Shown here: piece by piece, positions 1 through 9,761 of the stretch
Layout: each line of letters begins with the position of its first letter
Position numbering within the stretch: the stretch's first letter is position 1
Assembly: GCA_000431335.1 (NCBI GenBank)
Contig: FR888067.1
Span: 98,849-162,848 of the forward strand
Origin: Clostridium sp. CAG:343
GTDB lineage: Bacteria; Bacillota; Clostridia; TANB77; CAG-508
DNA length: 64,000 nucleotides
Reading direction: 5' to 3'
Made by a program: the position numbers and the translations under genes
Notes under the pieces: model-generated
What the model was told of the DNA's origin: nothing
The model's database searches: none
The model's input: only the letters and a program-made list of their open reading frames with translations

Positions 1-1
1 T

Positions 2-298
2 TCAAGTATATCTGTATATATAAGAGATTTACAACACTTAATAGGAGTAGCATTGCAATTATTATTTTATGCGGCACCTGTAGTATATGCTCCAGAGTCT
101 ATACCAGAGAATTTTAAATGGATTTTAAATCTAAATCCAATGACATATATTATTAATGGATATAGAGATATTTTTTATAACCAAATAATGATAGATATAA
201 AGCCATTATTAATTTTAATATTATGTTCAATAGTTGCATGTGTTATAGGGTATTTAATATTTAATAAATTACAAAAAGGATTTGCAGAACAATTATAA
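2..298 (+). CDS. ABC-2 type transporter permease, C-terminal part (5' end lies outside window)
   Basis: Frame is open to the window edge (..SSISVYIRDLQHLIGVALQLLFYAAPVVY..). Hydrophobic C-terminus is typical of Wzm/TagG-like polysaccharide exporters. Lies next to the glycosylation cluster. Confidence 0.55.
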   Translation, partial: SSISVYIRDLQHLIGVALQLLFYAAPVVYAPESIPENFKWILNLNPMTYIINGYRDIFYNQIMIDIKPLLILILCSIVACVIGYLIFNKLQKGFAEQL

Positions 299-318
299 TA
301 TAGAAAAAAGGAGAAAAT

Positions 319-1797
319 ATGAAAATAAAAGATAAGCTAAAAAAAATACTTTGTGATAAAAATTTATATATTTTTTCAGTAATAACAATACTATTTTTTG
401 GCGAATTTTGTATATTGCAATATGCTCCAGATACATATAGTGTATTTACAAATGATTTAAAACACACAGTATTACACTTTTTATCATGTGGTAGATTTGT
501 AACAGGAGTTGCCAGTTATTTCACGATGGGGATATTAAAATTAGAAAATAATGCAACATATGCATTATCTTATGGTTTGGCAATTATTTGTACAATTATT
601 AGTTTATATAGATTAAATAATTTAATTAAAAAAGATGTTAAAAATGACATTATTTGTATTATAATGTCAACATTAATTATTATAAATCCTTTTTCAATAG
701 AGCTATTTATGTATATAGAAAAAGGAATTATGCTATTATCTGTTTTATTATGTGTATTAGCAGTAGAGCAGGTAGATAAATTTTTTAATGGAAATAAAAA
801 ATCCATACTTTGGGCATTAATATTTATGATTATAGCTAATTGCTGTTACCAAGGTACAGTAGGTTTGTTTGTAGCAATATCTTTAATCTATATTATAAAA
901 TATTCAAAAAATATAAAAGAATTTATATTAAATAACATTATAGTAGCAATGACATATGGAATTCCAGCGTTAATTAACTTTTTACTAGTAAGATTTATAT
1001 TTAGTAATGCAAGAGTCAATGGTGAAATTATATTGTCTGAATCTATTCTTAAAATGATAGATGGAACAAAAAATATGATTGTAAATACTTATGATATATT
1101 ACCAAAATACATATTCATAATAGCAATTATTATTTTATTAGGGATTATCGTTTGTAAAGCAATCAGGAAAAAAAGTAGTAACAAAGAAAAAGCTTTACAA
1201 ATTGCAGTAGCATTTTATTTAATAGCAGGAACTTTATTTGCAACAGTGGCACCACAAATATTGCAAGATACAAGCTCAATATGGTTCGTTGCAAGAAGTT
1301 CATATCCAATGGCTGCTATAATAGGAATATTGACATTGTATTTATTTATGGAATTTGATTTAAGTAATATAGAAAAAAACATTACAATTATATTACTTAT
1401 AATATTTTTTATAATTCAATTTTCAAATTTTATGATATATACAATACACAATTATATTGGAAATTATATAGATAAAACAATAAGTTTAGAAATAAACAGT
1501 ATGATACAAGAATATGAAGAAGAAACGGGTAATAAAATAGACAGCATAGCTATTTATAAAGATGCAATTCCACAATATGTGTATCCAGGACTAAAAGCTT
1601 CAGGAGATATGAATATTAAAGCTTATTCAGCTGATTGGTGCGTAAGTAGAATATTAAAATTATATACTAATCGAGATTTTAAAGTAATAAACAATGATAC
1701 AAATAAAAAGGAAGAATTTTCACAAAAAAATTGGGACTATTTTAGTAAAGAACAAGTAATATTTGAAAATAATGTAATGCATTTATGTATATTTTAA
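319..1797 (+). CDS. polytopic membrane protein, GtrII-like putative glucosyltransferase
   Basis: 492-aa ORF with RBS aaggag upstream and many predicted TM helices. N-terminal pattern (..YAPDTYSVF..GRF..) resembles the Glucos_trans_II family. Context of GtrA/GtrB-like genes. Confidence 0.45.
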   Translation: MKIKDKLKKILCDKNLYIFSVITILFFGEFCILQYAPDTYSVFTNDLKHTVLHFLSCGRFVTGVASYFTMGILKLENNATYALSYGLAIICTIISLYRLNNLIKKDVKNDIICIIMSTLIIINPFSIELFMYIEKGIMLLSVLLCVLAVEQVDKFFNGNKKSILWALIFMIIANCCYQGTVGLFVAISLIYIIKYSKNIKEFILNNIIVAMTYGIPALINFLLVRFIFSNARVNGEIILSESILKMIDGTKNMIVNTYDILPKYIFIIAIIILLGIIVCKAIRKKSSNKEKALQIAVAFYLIAGTLFATVAPQILQDTSSIWFVARSSYPMAAIIGILTLYLFMEFDLSNIEKNITIILLIIFFIIQFSNFMIYTIHNYIGNYIDKTISLEINSMIQEYEEETGNKIDSIAIYKDAIPQYVYPGLKASGDMNIKAYSADWCVSRILKLYTNRDFKVINNDTNKKEEFSQKNWDYFSKEQVIFENNVMHLCIF

Positions 1798-1819
1798 AAA
1801 TAAAATATGAGGAGGAAAA

Positions 1820-2528
1820 ATGAAAGCACTAGTAATTATACCAGCTTATAATGAAGAAGGAGCAATTGTAGAAACTATTAATAATCTAAAGAAAAGCTGT
1901 GAAAACGTTGATTATGTTATTATTAATGATTGTTCAAAAGATAGAACATTAGAAATATGCAGAAAAAATAAATTTAACGTAATTAATTTACCAGTAAATT
2001 TAGGAATTGGAGGAGCAGTGCAAACAGGATATAAATATGCTTATGAAAATGGATATGATGTAGCGATTCAAATGGATGCGGATGGTCAACATAATCCTAA
2101 ATATATACCACAGTTAATTACAAAAATAGAAGAAGGAAATGATTTCGTAATAGGTTCTAGATTCCTAGAAAAAGAGGGATTTCAATCTACCTTTATAAGA
2201 AGAATGGGAATTAATTTATATTCATGGATTATAAAAGTATTTACTAAAAAAGAAATTAAAGATACCACTTCTGGATATAGAGCTGCAGGTAAAAAAATTA
2301 TAAAAATGTTCGCTCAAAATTATCCAGTGGATTATCCAGAACCAGAAACCAATGCTTTCATTGCAAAAAATAATTTTAAAATAATAGAAATACCGATGGA
2401 AATGAAAGAAAGAGATAGTCGGAGCATCTTCTATTACTCCAATAAAATCAATTTATTATGCTGTTAAAGTAGGACTAGCTGTTATGTTGGCATGCATAGT
2501 TAAAAAAGGGGAGGATAAAAATGAATAA
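1820..2528 (+). CDS. family-2 glycosyltransferase (Dpm1/CsbB-like); frame needs a +1 shift at CGG 2420-2422
   Basis: N-terminus IIPAYNEE..DADGQH is a GT2 signature. The 0 frame ends ..RDSRSIFYYSNKINLLCC*. The +1 frame gives ..RDS-GASSITPIKSIYYAVKVGLAVMLACIVKKGEDKNE*, the expected C-terminal membrane segment, overlapping the next start (ATGAATAA). Confidence 0.75.
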
Positions 2529-2901
2529 AATATTACAATTTATATTAATTGGAGTTACTTTCTTATTTTGTATTTTTATATTAGTAGTTACACAAAAAAA
2601 GAAATTATCTTATAAATATACTTTACTATGGTTGCTTTTTGGATTTATTACATTATTATGTGCGGTATTTCCTAGTATCATAGTGGAAATATCAAAAGCA
2701 ATTCATGTCGCAGAGCCAACAAATGCACTATTTTTAATTTATATATTTTTGATGATAGTTATCATATTTTATATAAGCTTAGCTTTTTCAAAGTTATTTG
2801 AAAAAGTGACAACTTTAATACAAGAAAATGCAATATTAGCTGCAAAGGTAGAAAAACTAGAGAAAAAAAATAAGGAGAATCAAAAAGATGAAAAGTGTTA
2901 G
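2521..2901 (+). CDS. DUF2304-like small membrane protein (usual partner of this GT2 type)
   Basis: 126 aa with 3-4 TM helices plus a C-terminal coiled coil. Translationally coupled to the upstream GT2 gene. Confidence 0.6.
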   Translation: MNKILQFILIGVTFLFCIFILVVTQKKKLSYKYTLLWLLFGFITLLCAVFPSIIVEISKAIHVAEPTNALFLIYIFLMIVIIFYISLAFSKLFEKVTTLIQENAILAAKVEKLEKKNKENQKDEKC

Positions 2902-3238
2902 TATAATTATTTATTTAATATTATCTGTTGGTGGTTTAGTTTTAGTAAAATCTGGTTCTAGTAGTGTAAACATTGCTATACAAGATGGAACTTTTAATTT
3001 TGCTATGGGATTAAAGGCAATGCTTGGGTTTATTGCTTATATAGGGAGCTTTTTGATATATACTTTTTATATTATTAAAAATTTTGACTTGAGTTATATA
3101 TTTCCAATTATTACAGGAATCACGCAAGTGCTAGTTATTATAGCAGGAGTTTTTATATTTAAAGAACAAATTAATGCCTATACTATAGGTGGAATTCTAC
3201 TTATTATAATGGGGATTGTGCTATTAAATATAAAATAG
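2888..3238 (+). CDS. small 4-TM DMT/SMR-like membrane protein (ArnE/ArnF-like flippase subunit candidate)
   Basis: 116-aa hydrophobic ORF that overlaps the upstream gene. Sits in the glycosylation context. Confidence 0.5.
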   Translation: MKSVSIIIYLILSVGGLVLVKSGSSSVNIAIQDGTFNFAMGLKAMLGFIAYIGSFLIYTFYIIKNFDLSYIFPIITGITQVLVIIAGVFIFKEQINAYTIGGILLIIMGIVLLNIK

Positions 3239-3252
3239 AAAGAGGAATTAAT

Positions 3253-5229
3253 ATGAAAATCAATATAAAAAAAGATTGGAGATTTTTTTGTTCAATAACA
3301 GTTGCTATTTTATTGATATTATTAGTAGCAACATATACAGTAACACTAAAAAATAAATTATATACGAAAGGAATGTTACAAGAAGCAACAGGAGTTGTTC
3401 AAGAAGTAAATCAGGGAACAGAGATTTTACAGAGCTTTATTGCTATTGATGATAATTTGGGGAAAGTAATACTAGATTTTGAACCTTATAAAGATGAAAG
3501 CAATTGTGGTGGAAAAGTAATTGTTGGTATCAAAGATAGTGATGGAAATGTAATAAAAGAGCAAGAAATAACTCGTAATTATATAAGAGAAAAGCCAAAA
3601 TACACATTAACTTTTAAAAAGCAAAAAAATTCAAAAGATAAAGAATACAGTATATATATAAAATTTGATGATTTAGTAAAAGCAGAGAAATTTTATACGA
3701 TAAAGATAACAGATAAAAACGAGTTTATAAAAAATAAATTATATATTAATGGAGAAGAACAAAAAAGCACTTCTTTAATCTTCCAAGATTTATATAAAAG
3801 TAATGTAAGGACAGCAATTTTTGAAGTTGTTTTAGGAATAATGATAATAGGAATTTATATCATATCTAGTATCATTTATTATAAAAAGAATATAAAAGTA
3901 GAAAATCTATTTCTTATGATAGTACCTTTCACTTGTATATTTTTCTTAATTACAATGCCTACTTTTAAAAATCATGATGAATATTATCATTGGTTAAAAG
4001 CTTATGAAGTATCAGAGGGATATTTAATGACACCAAATAAAGATGGGGTTCAAGGTTCTCTTATGCCAGAATCTGTAGCTAATGTATGCCCAACAGATTG
4101 GACAACAATGACATATGCAGATGTAAAAGAAAAATTAAAACATCCTTTAGAGAAAGAAAAACAGGCAATATTGAATCCAGAGACAGCAGCAGTATATTCA
4201 TTTGCTCAATATGTGCCACAAGCAGTAGGAATTTTTCTGTCAAGATTGGTAACAGATAATACATATTTAATTACTTATGCTGGAAGAATTATGAATATGA
4301 TAGTTTCTATATTATTGTTATATTTTGCAATAAAAATAATGCCTTTTGGTAAAAAGTTACTATTAATACCAGCTATGATACCAATTGCAGTAGAAGGATT
4401 TACATCATTATCGCCAGATGCAATGACAATTTCTATGTCGTTCTTATATATTGCCTATATATTATACTTAGCATTTGGAAATAAAGAAAAAATAGGAATA
4501 AAAGAAAAAATAATATTACTGGTTATGTCAGTAATAATAGCTTTATGTAAGATTGTATATATACCATTAGTAGGATTATTATTAATTATACCAAAAGAAA
4601 AATTTAAAACAGAAACTAACAAAAATAAGATACTAAATATCTGTATAATTGCAGTAATATCAGTTGTGATTAATTTAATTTGGCTTGGAATTGCAAGTAG
4701 ATATTTAGCGAATTTTAGAGAAGGAGATTCAAAAGTACAAGTATTATTAGCCCTTAAAAACCCTATTCAGTATATACAAACTGTTCTATATACAATGAAT
4801 TTAAATGGAAGTAACTACTTGATGCAATTATTTGGATCAGACCTTGGTTGGGGAGAACTTGTTAAGTTATATGCAGTTGTTCCGTACTCTATATTAGCAA
4901 TTTACTTGTTCATAGCAGTAACAGATGAAGAAATAAAAAATAAATTTAAAACTTATCAATTAGTATGGATTGCTTTAGTAGTACTTGCTGTAGTGGCATT
5001 AGTTTTTACAAGTTTATATGTACAGTGGACGACAGTAGGAAAAGAAAGTATATCAGGAGTACAAGGTAGATATTTCTTACCAATTTTACCACTTGTAATG
5101 TTATTGTTAGGAAGTATGATAAAAGTACAAACTTCTTATAGAAAAGAAAATATAAATAAATTTTTAGCGATTTCCACACTTGTATTACAAATTTATACAA
5201 TATCACAAATTATTGTAGTGCATTTATAA
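3253..5229 (+). CDS. DUF2142-like large polytopic membrane protein
   Basis: 658 aa. N-terminal TM, an extracytoplasmic domain, then about 10 TM helices. Motif FKNHDEYYHWLKAYEVSEG is typical of DUF2142. Confidence 0.55.
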   Translation: MKINIKKDWRFFCSITVAILLILLVATYTVTLKNKLYTKGMLQEATGVVQEVNQGTEILQSFIAIDDNLGKVILDFEPYKDESNCGGKVIVGIKDSDGNVIKEQEITRNYIREKPKYTLTFKKQKNSKDKEYSIYIKFDDLVKAEKFYTIKITDKNEFIKNKLYINGEEQKSTSLIFQDLYKSNVRTAIFEVVLGIMIIGIYIISSIIYYKKNIKVENLFLMIVPFTCIFFLITMPTFKNHDEYYHWLKAYEVSEGYLMTPNKDGVQGSLMPESVANVCPTDWTTMTYADVKEKLKHPLEKEKQAILNPETAAVYSFAQYVPQAVGIFLSRLVTDNTYLITYAGRIMNMIVSILLLYFAIKIMPFGKKLLLIPAMIPIAVEGFTSLSPDAMTISMSFLYIAYILYLAFGNKEKIGIKEKIILLVMSVIIALCKIVYIPLVGLLLIIPKEKFKTETNKNKILNICIIAVISVVINLIWLGIASRYLANFREGDSKVQVLLALKNPIQYIQTVLYTMNLNGSNYLMQLFGSDLGWGELVKLYAVVPYSILAIYLFIAVTDEEIKNKFKTYQLVWIALVVLAVVALVFTSLYVQWTTVGKESISGVQGRYFLPILPLVMLLLGSMIKVQTSYRKENINKFLAISTLVLQIYTISQIIVVHL

Positions 5230-5235
5230 AATTAA

Positions 5236-5637
5236 GGGGAAAAACAATTATTAACAAAGAAAGACATATCAATATTAGCAATACTTACTCCATGTATAGC
5301 TGTAAGTAAACTAGTTTATTTTGCTATTTGCGGATTAGTACTATTAATTCCAAAAGAATGCTTTAAAACGAAAAAAAGAAAGGTTTTATTTGTTAGTATA
5401 ATTGCTGGAGTAATTACAGCATTATATTTAGAATGGACTTCAGCAACTAAAATTGGAGGAACAGAAATTACAGGAGTTCAAGGAAGATATTTTACGCCAA
5501 TTGCTTTATTAATGACAGTACTTATACCAATTAAATATATAGAAACAAAACGTAAATTAGATGCAAAATGGATTTATATTATAACGACATTATGTCAAGT
5601 ACCATCTTTGTTAAATATGTTCATCCATTATATATAG
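5236..5637 (+). pseudogene. remnant of a second DUF2142-like gene (C-terminal part, no start codon, internal deletion)
   Basis: Open frame ..LVYFAICGLVLLIPKECFKTKKRK..GVQGRYFTPIALLMTVL..* parallels the C-terminus of 3253-5229 (..IVYIPLVGLLLIIPKEKFKTETNK..GVQGRYFLPILPLVMLL..). It lacks about 110 aa in between and has no start or RBS. Confidence 0.6.
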
Positions 5638-5671
5638 GGGATAAGCAAAATTAGGATAGGGGAATTTTATA

Positions 5672-7297
5672 ATGAAGGAAAAATTAAAAGCAGTAAATAT
5701 TGTAAAAATGATAATTAACATAATAGCAGTTTTAACTCTTTTACTTATTGTATTTTTGAATGCGAAATATGAAGTTACTATTCGTAGATTTGAAGAACAC
5801 ACAGACATTCAAAATATGGGGTTAAAAAAACTACTAATAGATATGCTAATAGGTATAGGAATTGTAGTACTTACGAATTGGATTAGTCGTTTTAAGATTA
5901 ATAAAATTGCAAAAAGAATTGTTATAATAGTATTACTTGGAATTTATATAATTTTTCAAGTAGTATGGGTGCAATATTGTATGGTAAATGCAGGAGCAGA
6001 CTCCGAAATGATATACGGTGCAGCTAGCCGTTTATTTAATCATAAAGAAATAACAGATGCATTAATAGAATACTTTGCATATTATAAACAAAATATAGGA
6101 CTTGTAGTTATTTTTGAAAAATTAATGTATTTATTCCAAACAGATAATATTAACTTATTTAGATATGCTAATGTTGTAAGTAACGTATTTACAGTACTAG
6201 GTCTATATTGGATTTATCATATGATTACTAATGATACAAATAAAAGAAATGAAATATTATTTTATATTTTAGCATTAGGATTTTTGCCAATGAGTTTATT
6301 ATGTACATGGGTATATGGAGACTTTATAGGATTAGCTTTATCTGTTTGGGCAGTTGCCTTTATAATAAAATATCAACAAAGCAAAAAAACAAGATATTTT
6401 ATCTTTTCATCCCTTAGTATGGCATTTGCTATTATGTCAAGAAGTAACTCAAATATTTTCATAATAGCAATAGCAATTTATTTGATTTTGACTATAAGTG
6501 AAGAAAAAACAAAAAAAGAAAAAATACTAAAATTAGTCCTAGTACCAATATTTATATTAATTGCAATTATGCCTAATAAAATTTTGATGAGCTATGTTTC
6601 AAACAAATATCAAATGAATGACAAAAAAGAAAAATCAGTAATTGTATATTTATATATGGGAATGAGCGAAGGGAATATGGCAAATGGATGGTTTAATGAC
6701 GAAATTGCTGGAATTAACAGAGAAATGAAATTATATCCTAAAGATGATAAAACAATAGAAAATCAAACAAAGGAAAAGTTAAAAAATAGAGTTCAATATT
6801 TATTTGAACATTCAAGATATACAATGGAGTTTTATAAAAATAAAATTTTATCTATGTGGGCGGAACCAACAATGGCAAGCGAGATTTACAATACACAAAG
6901 AGGTATAGAACCATCAGATAATAAAATGTTTGTGCTATTAATGGAAGGACAAAATTTTGAAATTTTAAAATCATCTCAAAAAATAATTGATGGTATCATC
7001 TTTACAGGTGCATTGCTTTGCTGTATCTTAAAAAGAAAGAATATAAGCAATGAAAGACTATTGTTAGCAATAGTTTTTCTAGGAGGATTCAGTTTTCATA
7101 TATTATGGGAAGCAAAATCAAGATACATCATTCCATATGTGGCAATACTAATACCAATAGCAGTGGTTGGAATGAGTGAATTAAGTGAATGGATAAAAAT
7201 CAAAATAAGGAAAAATAAAAGAAATAACAAGAAATTATTAAAAGAGGGAGAAAGTAAAAATGAAAAAAATATCTGTAATAATACCAATGTATTATGA
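5672..7297 (+). CDS. GT-C fold glycosyltransferase (ArnT/PMT family 39/83-like)
   Basis: 541 aa with many TM helices and a large C-terminal loop. Architecture and context are typical of ArnT-like lipid-linked sugar transferases. Confidence 0.5.
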   Translation: MKEKLKAVNIVKMIINIIAVLTLLLIVFLNAKYEVTIRRFEEHTDIQNMGLKKLLIDMLIGIGIVVLTNWISRFKINKIAKRIVIIVLLGIYIIFQVVWVQYCMVNAGADSEMIYGAASRLFNHKEITDALIEYFAYYKQNIGLVVIFEKLMYLFQTDNINLFRYANVVSNVFTVLGLYWIYHMITNDTNKRNEILFYILALGFLPMSLLCTWVYGDFIGLALSVWAVAFIIKYQQSKKTRYFIFSSLSMAFAIMSRSNSNIFIIAIAIYLILTISEEKTKKEKILKLVLVPIFILIAIMPNKILMSYVSNKYQMNDKKEKSVIVYLYMGMSEGNMANGWFNDEIAGINREMKLYPKDDKTIENQTKEKLKNRVQYLFEHSRYTMEFYKNKILSMWAEPTMASEIYNTQRGIEPSDNKMFVLLMEGQNFEILKSSQKIIDGIIFTGALLCCILKRKNISNERLLLAIVFLGGFSFHILWEAKSRYIIPYVAILIPIAVVGMSELSEWIKIKIRKNKRNNKKLLKEGESKNEKNICNNTNVL

Positions 7298-8195
7298 GGA
7301 AGAAGTTGCACAAGAATGTTATATACGAATGACAAAGATTTTATCAGAATTAAATAACTATGATTATGAGATAATATGTGTAAATGATGGAAGTAAAGAC
7401 AAAACATTAGAAATATTAGAGGAAATTGCTAATAAAGATCAAAAAGTAAAAGTATTATCATTTTCAAGAAATTTTGGGCATCAATGTGCGGTAACTGCTG
7501 GCTTGCAATATGTAACAGGAGATGCAATTGTAATAATAGATGCAGATTTACAAGATCCACCAGAATTAATACCAGATATGCTAAAATTATGGGAAGAAGG
7601 ATATGAAGTAATATATGGTAAAAGAAAAACTAGAGAAGGAGAATCAAAATTCAAACTTTTAACAGCAAAGATGTTTTATAGTACATTAAACGCACTATCA
7701 GATGTTGAAATACCAAAAGATACAGGAGACTTTAGACTAGTTGATAGAAAAGTAGTAGATATTATAAATAGTATGCCAGAACACAATAAGTTTTTAAGAG
7801 GGTTATTTAGCTGGGTAGGATTTGAACAAAAGGCATTTGAATATGAAAGAAAAGAAAGATTTGCAGGAAAAACGAAATATCCATTGAGGAAGATGTTAAA
7901 ATTAGCATCAGATGGAATTATAGGTTTTTCTACAAAACCACTAAAGCTTGTAGGAGGATTAGGAATTTTAGCAATAATAACGTCATTTATAATATTAATA
8001 TATTCAATATTATCATTTTTATTCAAATGGAATAATTTAACTGCCGGATGGACATCAATGATGGTGACAATAACATTTTTTAGTGGTACAATATTAATAT
8101 CGTTATGGATGATAGGAGAATATATTGCAAGAATTTATGATGAAAGTAAATCAAGACCACAATATATTATTAATAAAAAGATAAATATAGATTAA
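7260..8195 (+). CDS. GT2 bactoprenol glucosyltransferase (GtrB/CsbB-like)
   Basis: Contains VIIPMYYEE, CVNDGSKD, DADLQDPPE and two C-terminal TM helices. Confidence 0.8.
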   Translation: MKKISVIIPMYYEEEVAQECYIRMTKILSELNNYDYEIICVNDGSKDKTLEILEEIANKDQKVKVLSFSRNFGHQCAVTAGLQYVTGDAIVIIDADLQDPPELIPDMLKLWEEGYEVIYGKRKTREGESKFKLLTAKMFYSTLNALSDVEIPKDTGDFRLVDRKVVDIINSMPEHNKFLRGLFSWVGFEQKAFEYERKERFAGKTKYPLRKMLKLASDGIIGFSTKPLKLVGGLGILAIITSFIILIYSILSFLFKWNNLTAGWTSMMVTITFFSGTILISLWMIGEYIARIYDESKSRPQYIINKKINID

Positions 8196-8213
8196 AAAGC
8201 AAGGAACGAAGAA

Positions 8214-8678
8214 ATGAAAGATATAGAAAAAATAAAAGAAGTGAATTTAAAAAATCTAAATTTAAAAACAATCAAGGGATTATTTTTAGAATATAAAGAA
8301 GTAATTAATTATCTTGTGTTTGGATGTTTAACAACTGTTGTTAATTTTGTATGTTATTATCTATTTGCAAAAGTATTAGGAATAGAAGAAGTAATAAGTA
8401 GTGGACTATCATGGCTTTTTTCAGTTTTATTTGCTTATATAACAAACAAAATATTTGTATTTGAAAGCAAAACAACTACAATAAAAGAATTTATAATGGA
8501 AATTATCTCATTTTTTCTTGCAAGGGTGCTATCAGGAATATTATGTGATGTAGGAACTTTTGCAGTTATGGTAAAAGTAATTGGAATTAATGACGTGGTA
8601 GCAAAATTAATAACACAAATAATGGTAGTCATTGTAAATTATGTTTTAAGCAAATGGATTATATTTAAAAATAGATAA
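8214..8678 (+). CDS. GtrA family membrane protein
   Basis: 154 aa with 4 TM helices. Contains ..FGCLTTVVNF.. and ..SWLFSVLFAYITNKIFVF.., typical of GtrA. Confidence 0.75.
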   Translation: MKDIEKIKEVNLKNLNLKTIKGLFLEYKEVINYLVFGCLTTVVNFVCYYLFAKVLGIEEVISSGLSWLFSVLFAYITNKIFVFESKTTTIKEFIMEIISFFLARVLSGILCDVGTFAVMVKVIGINDVVAKLITQIMVVIVNYVLSKWIIFKNR

Positions 8679-8709
8679 AAATAAATTTTATTTGAAAGGA
8701 AGCATAAAT

Positions 8710-9660
8710 ATGAAAAAAATAAGTGTAATAATACCAGCATACAACGAAGAAGAATCTTTACCAATTTTATACGAAAGAATGAAAAAATTAATGGAAAATA
8801 TGGAAAATTATGAATTTGAAATACTTTTTGTAAATGATGGAAGCAAAGACAAAACAATTGAAATTATAAAAGATATGAGAGAAAAAGACAATAGAATTAG
8901 CTATGTTGACTTTTCAAGAAACTTTGGAAAAGAAATAGCAATGATAGCAGGTCTTGACTATGCAACAGGTGATTGTGTAATATTTATGGATGCAGATTTA
9001 CAAGATCCACCAGAATTAATTCCAGAACTAGTAAAATATTGGGAAGAAGGGTATGATGATGTATATGCCAAGCGACGTTCAAGAAAAGGAGAAACTTGGC
9101 TAAAAAAATTCACATCTAAAATGTACTACAAAGTGTTGCAACATCTAACAAAAGTTGAAATACAACAAGATACAGGAGATTTTAGATTGTTAGACCGAAG
9201 ATGTGTAAATGCGCTAAAAAAACTTAGAGAATCACAAAGAAATACTAAAAGTATGTTTAGCTGGATTGGTTACAAGAAAAAGGAAGTATTGTATGATAGA
9301 GATCCAAGAATAGCAGGAAAAACAAAGTGGAACTATATAAAATTAGTGGATTTAGCTATTGATGGAATTACATCTTTTACTACATCACCACTTAGACTTT
9401 CAACATTTATTGCAATACCTACATTTATAGTATTATTTGTTTATTTTGTTTATGTAATTGCAAAATGTTTTGTAGTTCATGAAGCAATTCAGGCATTTCA
9501 AGCAATTATATTATTAATTTTATTTTTCTCAGGAATTCAAATATTACTATTTGGAATTGTTGGAGAATATCTAGGTAGAATTTTTAATGAGACAAAAAAT
9601 AGACCACTATATCTAGTAAATGAATATAATGATGAAAAAGAAATGAATGAAATAAAATAA
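8710..9660 (+). CDS. GT2 bactoprenol glucosyltransferase (GtrB-like paralogue)
   Basis: Contains VIIPAYNEE, FVNDGSKD and DADLQDPPE. ATG 8710 is preferred because of the RBS aaaggaag. Paralogue of 7260-8195. Confidence 0.8.
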   Translation: MKKISVIIPAYNEEESLPILYERMKKLMENMENYEFEILFVNDGSKDKTIEIIKDMREKDNRISYVDFSRNFGKEIAMIAGLDYATGDCVIFMDADLQDPPELIPELVKYWEEGYDDVYAKRRSRKGETWLKKFTSKMYYKVLQHLTKVEIQQDTGDFRLLDRRCVNALKKLRESQRNTKSMFSWIGYKKKEVLYDRDPRIAGKTKWNYIKLVDLAIDGITSFTTSPLRLSTFIAIPTFIVLFVYFVYVIAKCFVVHEAIQAFQAIILLILFFSGIQILLFGIVGEYLGRIFNETKNRPLYLVNEYNDEKEMNEIK

Positions 9661-9761
9661 TTAAAACTTAAATAAATTTATTGACAAAAAAATCAAAATA
9701 TAGTAAATTAAAATTAATACATCTTATATTAGCTATTCTTAATTAAGAAAGGATGATCAGC

